Shown here piece after piece: positions 17,468-29,100 of a stretch of 40,785 nt of DNA; within the stretch, counting starts at the first letter, position 1; each line of letters begins with the position of its first letter. Location of the stretch: positions 1 through 40,785 of the forward strand of contig JBFMGO010000043.1 in assembly GCA_040752695.1 (NCBI GenBank). Reading direction: 5' to 3'. Source of the DNA: a bacterium. Its GTDB lineage: Bacteria > SZUA-182 > DTGQ01. The notes beneath the pieces are model-generated. The model saw only the letters and a program-made list of their open reading frames with translations. It ran no database searches and was not told the origin of the DNA. The position numbers and the translations under genes are program-made.

Positions 17468-19951
17468 TTATGGCGCTGAAATTATCAGATCACCGCCACT
17501 GGTGGTTGCTGGCCCTTTTGAATAGTAAGGACTGTTGTCCGGTTTATTAATGATAATCCCGAAGCTGTCGGGAGATCCGTCAGTTACCGTGGCCGTGAAG
17601 GTGTATCCTCCAACGCCATTGACTGTCCCTGTACCGCTTATGGTAGCTGTACTCCCCGCGATAGATACCGTTGTAACCTGGGTACTCACAAAATTCATAC
17701 GGGTTCGGGAATAATAGTATTTGAACCATCCTGAAGGTGATGAGGGGCCGGTGACATCCATCGAAAAACTTGCCTTATAGGTTGCAGTTTCAGGGAAATT
17801 ATAGGCGCCGCCCGAGATTCTCACTTGTGTATCCACTTTCATCTCATATGCACCTATATCATATTCTGCACTGTGATCACCGTTACCGTCCTGTGGCCTT
17901 GCTATGCCATTTTTATCCCTGTCAGGGGCTCCCTGGCTGGTTCCGGCATCGATACAGGGAGAAGCAGGCTGCAGGGAGTAATTACCTGCTCCGGAATCAA
18001 TGAAAAGGGGATTCTGATTGATATTGCCTATACCACCGTATCCATCCTGGATATCAGAGTAGGTAACGCTGGTGAGAAGGCTGTCATCCGAAACGTGAAT
18101 TTCATTGGGTGAATCTCCCCAGAGGATACAGTTTGTGATCCGTGGAGTGGAGTTATCACAGTAAACTCCGCCGCCGGATAGAGCAGTATTACTGCTCAGA
18201 GTACAGTTAGTCAGAATCGGTGAGGCATCCTCACAGTAAATTCCACCGCCGGCACCACTTGAAATGTTTCTCACTATAACGCAATTCATAATGGTCGGTG
18301 AAGAGCCTCTGCATAAGATTCCACCTCCCAACGGTGCCTTTCCGTTTCGCAGGGTAAGTCCCATCAAGAGAGAGTTGTTTTGCTCTCCATGATCAAAGGT
18401 GACAACACTTCCTTTCCCGTCTCCATCGATAATGGTATCAACTGCTATATCCGGCATAGTACCCATTACCATAATTGCCTTACCCATGAAAGAAATATTC
18501 TCTGTATACGTGCCTGGCTCGATACTTACTACATCCCCATTGCCGGCAGCGTTGATTGCAGCCTGAATACTCCCGCCAGGTGAAACGCGGATCTCAACGG
18601 CTCTGGCATAGAAGGTTGCTCCCTCCTCCATCCACTCGCTGTAATTCACTCCGTCAAAGGCCCGTGCCCGCCAGGAATACCAGGTATTCTTGGGCAGGTT
18701 GATCCCGCACGTCCAGGAAGTGATGGATGCTCCCTCGACGACTCCATTAGCGGATGTTATGGCTGGTGGGGTTAAACTGGCGTTGGGATAAATCTCAAAT
18801 TCATAGGTGAGAGCGTCTCCATCCGGATCGGAGCTGTTGCTTATCTGCAAAGCAGGTGTCGAGGTTGTAATTTCATTCATCTGGACAGGGTAATGGAGAG
18901 CAGGTTTTAAAGGAGGCCGGTTTATCGAGACAGTGGTAATGGCATCCGGTGTCTCTGGGGCCTGTTCATGATGGCCTACATTGTCTGTAGCTATACTATA
19001 GAAGGCATAGGCACTATCACCTTTGCCGGAAAACGTGCCGCTGGTGGCAGTGGTATTTTTCAGCCAGAGCTTGTAAGGACCGCCATTTTCCGATACATAG
19101 ATATCATAACCCGCAATCCCTGAGCCATCGGCATCGTCCTGGCCGGTCCAGGTTACGGCAAACTGGCCGGGAGAGTGAGCAGGGAGGGCGGTGACTTGGC
19201 TGGCGGGAGTGCCTGCATCGATGGTGTTGAAAACCAGCGGAGTATCCATGGGCGGATTCCAGTCAAAGACGATAGTGGCTACGTTTTCGATTTTAGTGCC
19301 GGCGGGAAGGTTGGAGGATGGTTTGATTGAGAATTTAACGTATCCTTCCCCTTCGTGGTTATCTCCATTAGGCGGCAGGAATCCGGCCAGTGGGTCTTCG
19401 GTTTGCTCGCCGGTGGCTGGGTCGATGGCCGTAAAGGTCCAGGAAGCCATGCCGGTCGAGGGGTCGAAATTGCCTTCGATATCGACCAGGAGGTTATTGC
19501 CTTCGGGACGAAGGTCCACGCGGGTGGAGTAATGCTTGAGGCCGGGAGGGACGGTAATGTGGTGATTGCTAAATTCCATATCGCCAAGGGTAAAGGTGCT
19601 ATAGTCGAGGTGCGGAGAAAGAGGATCGGTGATAGTGACCAGTTGGGCTGAGGCGACAGCCTCCTTGTCATTTTCGAAGCGGATGGTGTAGGGAAGGGTC
19701 TCATTCGGCTGAATATGTCCCATTGTGCCAACACCTACCGAGATCAGCTTATCGTTGGGGTCGTGGGAAAAGATAGGCGATATGGGGAATGATTGACACA
19801 AAGCGTAGGCAGGCTGTGGGACTAATAGATACTGGATAAATTCTAAAGGATTTAGACCAGGGAGCACCAGGATGCAAAAAAACAGCATACCGAGAATTGA
19901 AAGGTGATGTTTTAGTTTATCTTTTAGTATATTGCCTGGCATGCATATCAT
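17468..19951 (-). CDS. Secreted multidomain protein: SxDPNDK (DUF7619/DUF11-like) domain, FN3-like domains, right-handed beta-helix with choice-of-anchor-Q-like motif, C-terminal post-COAP-like domain
   Basis: GGAGG RBS 7 nt before ATG 19951 (track start 20011 is an alternative). Signal ends PAYA; motifs SHDPNDK...YTIRFEN...IVFDWN, GSGIAGYDIYVS, YSWRARAFDG, SIQAAIN...GGGIYC, SPCIDAG...DIGAYE. Confidence 0.85.
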   Translation of the reverse strand: MICMPGNILKDKLKHHLSILGMLFFCILVLPGLNPLEFIQYLLVPQPAYALCQSFPISPIFSHDPNDKLISVGVGTMGHIQPNETLPYTIRFENDKEAVASAQLVTITDPLSPHLDYSTFTLGDMEFSNHHITVPPGLKHYSTRVDLRPEGNNLLVDIEGNFDPSTGMASWTFTAIDPATGEQTEDPLAGFLPPNGDNHEGEGYVKFSIKPSSNLPAGTKIENVATIVFDWNPPMDTPLVFNTIDAGTPASQVTALPAHSPGQFAVTWTGQDDADGSGIAGYDIYVSENGGPYKLWLKNTTATSGTFSGKGDSAYAFYSIATDNVGHHEQAPETPDAITTVSINRPPLKPALHYPVQMNEITTSTPALQISNSSDPDGDALTYEFEIYPNASLTPPAITSANGVVEGASITSWTCGINLPKNTWYSWRARAFDGVNYSEWMEEGATFYARAVEIRVSPGGSIQAAINAAGNGDVVSIEPGTYTENISFMGKAIMVMGTMPDIAVDTIIDGDGKGSVVTFDHGEQNNSLLMGLTLRNGKAPLGGGILCRGSSPTIMNCVIVRNISSGAGGGIYCEDASPILTNCTLSSNTALSGGGVYCDNSTPRITNCILWGDSPNEIHVSDDSLLTSVTYSDIQDGYGGIGNINQNPLFIDSGAGNYSLQPASPCIDAGTSQGAPDRDKNGIARPQDGNGDHSAEYDIGAYEMKVDTQVRISGGAYNFPETATYKASFSMDVTGPSSPSGWFKYYYSRTRMNFVSTQVTTVSIAGSTATISGTGTVNGVGGYTFTATVTDGSPDSFGIIINKPDNSPYYSKGPATTSGGDLIISAP

Positions 19952-20099
19952 ATTTTCCCTCCAAAACCTTGTTAATCTGTGAATCTTGTGAAGGTCTTCC
20001 CGATTTCCCATTGTTTTTCCCCAGTATTTTTAGTCTTCGCTTACGGGTCTTAATTCGGTTCCCTCGATATGTTCCTGGTTTTATAACAACATCAGGTTT

Positions 20100-20163
20100 T
20101 AGGCGCTTGCCCGTTCCTTAGGATCTTATGCCCATCTAATAGGATCTTACGTCCATTCAATAG
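20100..20163. repeat. 21-bp tandem repeat (two good copies, one degenerate) between the giant gene and its partner
   Basis: taggatcttatgcccatctaa (20119) and taggatcttacgtccattcaa (20140). Confidence 0.8.
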
Positions 20164-20187
20164 CCGGTGCTTCTATAATTTAATCTT

Positions 20188-23100
20188 TTATTCTACTATA
20201 CATAAATCATTAGAGGGTGTGGGATTTCCATCTATTTTGGATTCATCATTCCTTCTGAAAATAGCAGTGGCGGATATATCTTTAGTAACCAAAATTACCT
20301 GCTTTTGAAGATCAGGTTTAATAATGCCATCCGTAACACTAGGGCCTTGCCAGTGATCGAATTGATATCCCTCTTCCGGTTCTGCATTGAACTCTATCTC
20401 GTCTCCTTCAAAATAGACCATATCCGTTCTATCATCATAAATAGCTTCAGGCACAGTGCGTTCCTTTATGTAGACTGGAACGGACCCACCATCCCCACCA
20501 TAAAGACGGGCTATATAGCAGGGCCTATTTATATTCTTATACTCTTCGTATTGTGCTACGTAATTGTTCCAGCGTTTCCAGAATAGAGCAGATGAATTAT
20601 TACATTTATCAATTTTTATTTTAATACTCTGAAGATTATTATAGTAGTCTTCCATTCCCTGATAAAATGTATCTACTATACTAAGAAGGGTTTGAAATTC
20701 AAAAACAGTTCCTGAAATCCCCCTACATGCTCGTCTCTTGATAGTATAGCGGATCTCTTCTTCTCCTGTTGCAATCACTATTTCTCCAACTGCTTTAGAA
20801 AGTTCTGTAATAGCAGTTTTGAGGTTCTTAAGATTTTCTTTTTCCTCTGCTACGACCTTTATATACTCATTATTGATATTCCCATCCTTATTAGCACTAT
20901 AGTTATTTTTTAACTTTTCTAATGATTCCCGAGTATTTTTCTCCGCATTAAAAAATTTTTCTTCTTCTTTACTGAGCGTAGTATAAATTTTCCTCTTCTC
21001 TTTAGTAAGTATATGACCCCGATAAACTGTATAAAGTACATCTCCTGCAGGTCCTATGCAGTCGATAGCCCAACCAAAGGGCTGATAACTAAGATATACC
21101 TGAGCGAGCTTACTGATAACTTTAAGTGCCCATTCTCCCTTAGCCAGTGCTATTTCTGTACGAATGTCTATACCTAGCTGATTAATTGCATTATAAGTAT
21201 CAGTGCCAAGATCTTCGGTTGGATATGGTAGCGGTGTAATCTTCCATTTATTTTTGAATTTAACTTGCCAATTAAATTTACTAAAGCTGTCGTAATTCTC
21301 TAATACATATTGATAATCTCCGGAATGATAATAAAAGCTACCGAAATAGTGTGAAGAATCAAGCTGAGAATCATCTGGCCTTACGAGATCGTAGCTATGA
21401 TCAAATGTTTTCACTAAACTTATATATTTATCCCATAATAGGGACGTAGGCTCAAGTTTCTTACAAAATTGAGGAATTAGTTTTCCCAATACCTCTCGAT
21501 ACTTTGACTCACAACCAATACTTTTCCAGGTGTCGGGCCAGATTTTATCTGACAAAGGCATGGCGTTATAATATGGAAGCGTATTAAGTGTCTGATCAAG
21601 ATAACCAAGTTTAATTTTCTCAATTTTCCCATGATCAGGCAATTGCTCCATTGAAATTCGCATTCGATATATTGTTGCTAATCCAGAATTGTCATCAGCT
21701 ATCCAAGCTGGACCAGGAGCTAGTAGCGCTGTATTAAGTGGAATACTAAGCTCAGTATTATCCTCGATCAATATAGTTATCGTGCTCTTTGCAATACCTC
21801 GGCAAGCTTGGATAGAGTAAGTGCCATCTTTCAGAGGGCCAGATGTGAACACCCCAACTGAATTTGATAGTCCGTTATATAGTGCAGTATTTCCACTATA
21901 AATCAATACTTCAACTTCGGCTATTGGCAAACCGGTAGATTCATCCACAGTGTTAACAGAGATAGAAAAACCCTCTTTGTCAAGAACAAAGGTATAGTTC
22001 ATAGAGGATTCAATAGTTAAGGAAGTTTTCAAAGGTGTATACCCTGGTGCTTGCACTAATGCCTCCCACGTGCCTGGTTGAATACCCTCAATCAAATAGT
22101 TACCTGCGTCGTCAGTAGTGACGCGGAGTCCAGGATCATCGGTTCCTGCATGCGTGCTTACTAAGCTAACAATTGCAGAAGGAATTGGTTGGCCATTAGC
22201 TTCGTCATTAACCATTCCCGATAATGATATACCAGAAGATACATTGACATCCACAGCTATTGTTTCTTCCTCTCTTATAGAAGTGCTCATCGTGGTACAG
22301 GCGAATCCTGCAGCCTGAACGACAATCCAATACTCCCCAGTTACGAAACTAGAAAAATTATACTTTCCATCACCCTGCGTAATGGCATATAAGCCTCTAG
22401 ATCCACTATCTTTCAAAATCACGGTTACCAGGGCATCAGCAATTGGCTCACCAGTTTCAGCATTTCTAATGATTCCGTTGAGAGCCCCTGAGGCTGCGAT
22501 GAAATCCAAATTGAATGTCCCACCTCCACTGCCCTCAAGTTGCTGGGTTTTGAAAGAGTAACTTTCGTGTCTAGCGCTCACGGAATAATCTGCTGGGGGA
22601 ATATTAATAAACTTATATTTACCATCATCCCCTGTGAGATCCTCTGCAATAGATACCCCATTAGAAGTTTTCAATGTAATCCACGTATTAGACAAAGGAG
22701 TAACTTTATCTGCCGCAGTTATAGTACCAGATAAGGATATACCCTTGGTTAGTGAAATCACCAAACCATCTGCAATACCGGAAACAGGCACTTTAATTAT
22801 ACGCTGGGCAGTGCAGTATCCTTCAGCCTCAACACTAAGAGAATAGACATCCGGTGCAAATTGATCACCGATGAAGATGCCATTTCCTTCACTGGTCAAA
22901 GTATATATAGCCCCACTATTTGACTTGAAAGTAATTGAAGCCCCGCTAACAGGCGTTGTACTATCTGGTTCAGTGACTAGCCCCTTCACTGACACACCAT
23001 CGCGCAGTTGAAAATTCATCCCTGCTAAGACTTGGCCAAGCACTAGTGACGTGCTCTCATAAATTGATGGGATAAAGCCGCCAACTTCAACCCGAATTGT

Positions 23101-26100
23101 ATGTATGCCCTCATATAAACCAACGATTTGAAAGTAACCACTTTCATTGGTAGCAGCTATTCCCATGCTGTTATTCGGTCCTTGAGCAAATACTGCCGCG
23201 CCAACAATAGGTTTTCCATTGCTATCTACAACCATTCCCGAGACGGAAGCACCAAGGACAAGGCTAAAATCCTGAGTAGCAGATCCGCTAACCACCACAT
23301 TAACAATAGTAACCTTTGACTTGAGAAATCCCTCAGCACTGGCAAAAACCTCCCAATCACCACCAGCAAGTTCACTTACCTTATACACTCCGTTCTCATC
23401 AGTCATAGCGCTCGCTACCTCACCACTCTCTACTCTTGTAGCCATGACATAGGCACCCTCAATCGGATGTCCTCCCTCGTCAGTAACTTTCCCGCTTATT
23501 TCAGCTCCTTTAACCAGGTCGAAAAGCACATCAGAACGCATCTCTCCTTTGGCCAGAAAAAAGGCTGGTTTTTGCTCTTCCATATATCCTTCCACTCTGG
23601 CTTCAACGGTGTATACATCCTGTGGCAGCCCTTTAAGGTTGTAATAACCCTCATCATCTGTTCGCCCTGTAGCGAATGTGCCGGTATTTTTTCCCCGTGC
23701 CGATATCAATGCATCCTTAATTGGTATCCCACTGTCCTTCACATAGCCGCTTATCTCGCCTCCCGGTGATACATAAACAACATGATCGAGACAATCCTTA
23801 TCCCCCTGGACTTCAGCCGAGGCACCCTCATCAACCAGATACCCTTCCACCTCAAGCTCATAATGTCCTTCAGGCAGACCAGTCAATAAATAAGTACCAT
23901 TCATATTAGTCACAGCCCTGGCATAACCTGTTCCTCCGGGCTGGTAAGCAAAAATAGTAACCCCTGCAACTGGAGTGTGACTATCACTTTCATAGACAAC
24001 ACCACTTATGGCTCCCCTATGACCGCCGTAGGCGATATTTACCTCAAGGCCAAAGAGTTTACGCACATCGTATATCCTTTCACCGTACAGGGCGAGACGT
24101 CTTGCATCTTCCCTGAGTACTTGAATATACGAACCCCAGGTATTACCAAGCTGGCTCTGTATATTCTCCCATATAGGCTTCCATGTTTCCTCATCCATGC
24201 TTTTAGGCTTGAGGGTGGCATCTACCTTGCTCCAATCAATCGGCTCATCCAGTTGGTCCACGATGTTCAGGTAAATTGGCACATTGAGTGTATTATCTAT
24301 TTTAAACTCCATCTCAATTGAATACGTTGAACCAGGAGGAAGCACATCTACAGGATTTTCTTTTGCAACGCCAAGTACCTGCACCGGATTTTGGTGAAAT
24401 GCCTCCGTGGAGAAGAGACGCAAAAAGGACCCCTGTCCTCCGGTTACCACCATTAAAGGTGCCGGAATATCCGCATCACCGATATTTCCATAATCCAGGG
24501 TGAGGGTATAAGGACGACCCGGTCGCACCAGGTTTGGCATAACCAGCCGCGAATACAACTCCCCGCCCTTGCCCTGCACCACATTGAGTTCCTTGCTGCA
24601 CACTGAGCCATCAGGATTTATAAGCTCAATACGATAGCTGCCGGCAGGTTTACCGGTCAAATCGAAGGTGACGAGCAAAAATCCGGTATCCTTGAAAGTA
24701 ACCACCCCTGTATCCACAATATTGCCCGCAGTATCTTTCAGAAATACCGTGCTTCCGGGAGCAAAGTTAAATCCGCTGATTCCCACCGTTACCTTACCGG
24801 CATTTCCAGCCTCACTTATACTCAGCCCGCTGATGGAGTGATCTGGCAGGACGGCTCTCAACTCATACGCAGGGGGCGAAGCCGGGCAGTTATACCCATA
24901 GATCAGAATATAATAGACACCGGCCCTGGCTCCCAGAATCCGATCCACGAGGTTGCCTGATGGGTCTTTCTCTCCCTTGGTATCATAGCTGCTCCTGGTC
25001 GGTATCTTTCCATAAGCCGCATAAAGCTCAGCGTTCTCTCTGGCCGCTCCGGCAAGAGTAATGATCAGGTCCTGCCCTGCCTCAGCAGTAATCTGGTAAT
25101 ATAAAGACTGGCCCTTGGCAATGGTACCGGTTTCTGTCATGTTCAAGGCCAACTCCCTGCCGATGACCGTGATCTGGCCAAGAGATACGGCTGTATTATT
25201 TTCTTCATCGGTTTCCCGTACATCATCGAAGATATCCGTACTGGCCAGAACTGAGTAAATTCCCGGCATTACCGCTGGAATGTCGGCAGTAATGGTCTTG
25301 GTATAGCTTTGACCTTGCGGCACATCTCCATCGTCCGCTGAATGGAAAACGCGGGCGATACGCTGATCACCGAGGTTCCATTCCTGATCGGAAGATAAGT
25401 ACAAAGTATCGTACCAGGCACCGACTGCATCCTGACTGCCCTGGTTTTTCACTTCATAGGTCCAGGTAGCGGCCTGGCCATAGATGCCGCTGCCCGGAGG
25501 GCTGATACTGGTTACCACCAGGTCTGCAGGGGGAGTGAGATTGACCTCTACTGTCGAGCAGGAAACCGTACTATTATTATTCTCTTTTTCTCCCTCAACG
25601 ACGTGACCAGGAGTGCCACTGTCAGTCGTCACGATCACATAATAGGGACCTGCTGCCCAGCCCGGCAGTTTGGGTTCAAGGCTTTGGGTGTAGGTCCCTC
25701 CGGCGGCAAGTTCACCTTTGTGGCGAGTGTTGCCAAGGGAAAGATCACTACTTGAATCAAGATAGGGATCTCTTGAAAGATAAACCGTGTCATCCCAGAA
25801 TCCATCTTTGGCTGAGGTTGACACCGTACCCTCATTCGTCACTGTCCACTCTATCCTTATACCTTGCCCTGACCAGGCAGTCTCCGGTAGAACAATAGTG
25901 GTCACTCTCAGGTCCGGAGTCGGAGCGGGATTAACGGTCAGGGATGCACAAGCAGTATTGTTTTCCTCCCCTTCATATTCATAGATATCATTGAACTTAC
26001 CGGAATCGGTCTTGACAATCACCTGGATATTCCCTGCCCGGTCCTTGGGCAAAGGAATACTCCTGGTCACTGAATAGCTTGCTCCGCCAGCCAGGGAGCC

Positions 26101-29100
26101 CTGATGCTTGAAATCCATCCGTACATCCTGGGCATCCGGCACGTTATCGGAAGATAGATAAACCGTGTCATCCCAGCTATTTCCCAACGTAGAATCTGGC
26201 CCGGCATTGGTTACTGTCCAGGTGATCTCGATCGATTGACCCTGGCAGCCACCAGTCGGGACAGTAAGATGACTGACCACAAGATCAGCACGTACTCCCG
26301 TGACCTGCACAGTCCCCGGACTTGAAGAGGTATTGTTATCCTCCTTGTCATATTCGAATACCTGATGGATGGCATCGGTAACGACATACACGTGATACGG
26401 ACCGGACACATCCTGGCGTACGACAAAGGATTCCGATTGCGAATAGCTTGCACCTGTGGCCAGAGCCCCTGAACGGCTGACCAGGCCGAGGTTGATGTCC
26501 GAGGCCGGATCAAAGGTTTTATCTTTCGAAAGATAGACCCCGTCCTTCCAGAAAGTCTCATCCGTATCTCTGTTTCCCTTATTCATGACCGTCCAACCGA
26601 TGGTTATAGCTGAACCTGCCTTGGCGGTGAGAGGAGCATTCACCTCTGTTACCTGAAGGTCTGCCGGCTGAAGGGCAATCTCGATAGCCTGAGGGATCAG
26701 GAAAATATTATTTCCTTCTCCACTCCCCTTTTCGTACACCGAGTTTCGATCATCGGTTACTACCAGGAGGTGGTAGGTTCCGGTCAGGCGGTCAGGAATG
26801 CGAATAAAAGCTGGCTGAATGGGAGGTCCTGTGATTTGGCCCGCCTCCAGAGTTCCTGTCTGCTCGAACATGCCGCATAAGCGGTCCTTTTTCGGATCGA
26901 ATACCGTATCTTCTGAAAGATAGACAGCATCCTTCCATCCTTTGGCTGGAGCATCACCACGATTTGTGATAGTCCAACTTACCGCTATGATTTCATTAGC
27001 TATTGCATTGGCCGGAGCACTGGCAGTTTGAACCTGTAGGTCAGCGGCCTTTTCGCTCAGGGTGATGAGCTGTGGCACACTGACGTTATTCTCCTCAATT
27101 CCCTTTTCATATACGCTCTTGTCTGCATCGGTACAGAAGAAAAGATAATACTCACCCTCACGGTGCTCAGGGAGAGCGGGTATGAGAAGTTCATGAGGTG
27201 CCGCAGGAGGCCCATAACTTGCCCCTGTGGCCAGAGATTCCATATGGTCGAAGGTGGCCACCAGAGTGTCAAGGGCAGGATCAAGGGAATTATCGCCTGA
27301 CAGGTATATCTTATCCTGCCAGGGGGCCACGGCAGAGGCCGTGCCCTGATTACTGATGCTCCAGTTCACCTGAATGGTCTGCCCTGCAATACCTGCAGGA
27401 GGGACAGTAAAACTTTCCACTTTCAGATCGGCAGCCTGGTTAATCAGGGTAATGACATGAGGTGAACTGATGTTATTCGCTTCTCCGCTCTCTTTTTCGT
27501 ATACGTTCTTATCAACGTCAGTAACAAAGAAAAGATAGCGGGGGCCCCCGATATTGGAGGGAAGCCTGACCTCTCCGGGCGCATCCGGCCCATAGCCGGC
27601 ATCTTTGGCCAAAGATACGGAGCGGACAAAGGTTCGCAGCAGGGTGTCCGAATTGGTATCGAGACTATCGTCCTCCGACAGATAAACGGCATCTTTCCAG
27701 GGCGCCTGGGCAGCGACTGTGCCAAGATTGCTGACTCTCCAGTCCACCTGGATGGTCTGCCCGGCAATGCCCGTAGATGAGGCAGTAAAGCTTTCCACCC
27801 GCAGGTCAGCGGCAACATCGGTCAGAGTAATGGCTTGAGGTTCGCTGATGTTATTGGCTTCTCCGCCTGCTTTTTCATATACAGTGTTGTCCTTATCGAT
27901 CACGAGGAAGAGATAACAAGTGCCTTCAACACTATCCGGGACTCTTACCTCTCTCTGGATACCATGCCCATAGCTTCCTCCGGGCTGCACTGATTCTGAA
28001 TGCTCAAATGATGGAGTCAAGAGCTTATCCGAGCTATCGAAGATAGTATCCTTTGACAAGTAAACTGCGTCTTTCCACTTTCCGGCAGCGGCAGCAGTGC
28101 CCGAATTGGTAACGCTCCAGTTTACCTGGACATTCTGCCCGGTAATGCCGGTAGCCGGGACAGTGAAGCTTTCCACCCTCAAATCTGCCGCAGGATCGCT
28201 CACTTCTATGGCTGAAGGGATGCAGAAAGTGTTATTATTCTCTGCATTATATTCATACAGGTTGTCATCGGCGTCGGCAGCAATAATAATGTAATAGGCA
28301 CCTTCTATCCCCTGAGTAAGTTGGAAATCCTGGCTTCTGCTGTAGGTATGGGCTGGATCGAGTGCATTTGATTGCGGGACTGATCCCAGCAGCTTATCCG
28401 ACTGGGTATTCAGGGTCTCGTCTCTGGAAAGGTAAACCTTATCCAGCCAGTTACCTATGGCTGTTGTTTCAGGCCCGGCATTGATGACAGTCCATTGCAC
28501 AGTAATCAGTTGTCCGGCTATGCCGGCGGTCGAAGATGTGGCTGTTTCGACCTGGAGGTCCGACCTGACTAAAGAGATGGTAACCGGGGTATCACTTACT
28601 CGAACATTGTTATCCTTGTTATTCTCCCAAACAGAGTTATTCTTATCAGTTTTGATGAGAATGTAGTAATTTCCTTCCATACCGGCAGGCACTTTGACAG
28701 GAAATTCGGTTACTTCATACCCTTGGCTGGCCTTCAGCACGCCTGTATGCGCTGATATACCTAATTCCTGATCGCTTCCTTCAAGAATCTGGTCAGTCGA
28801 TAGATAGACGGCATCATTCCAGGTACTGGATCGGGTACTGCCAGCACCTATGTTTTTCACTATCCAATTTACTTTCATTTGCTGCCCTGATATGGCAGTG
28901 GCTGGGATATTCGCTGAAGAAATAGAGATATCCGGTGGATCAGGTGGAACTATCTCGATTTCAGCCATACCATAATCTTTTCCCGAAACATTGCTGCCGC
29001 CACCTCGAGTATCGGGGATAAAAAAGAGATAGTATTTACCTGCATACTGTGAAGGCAGGGATACTGAAACGCTTCCCGTCTGTGACCCGCCAGGAGGAAT

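Noticed and set aside
20012..20190. Sequencing frameshift or stop readthrough joining the giant gene to its partner
   Set aside because: The gap is 176-236 bp, contains stop codons and repeats, and the partner has its own RBS and signal peptide.
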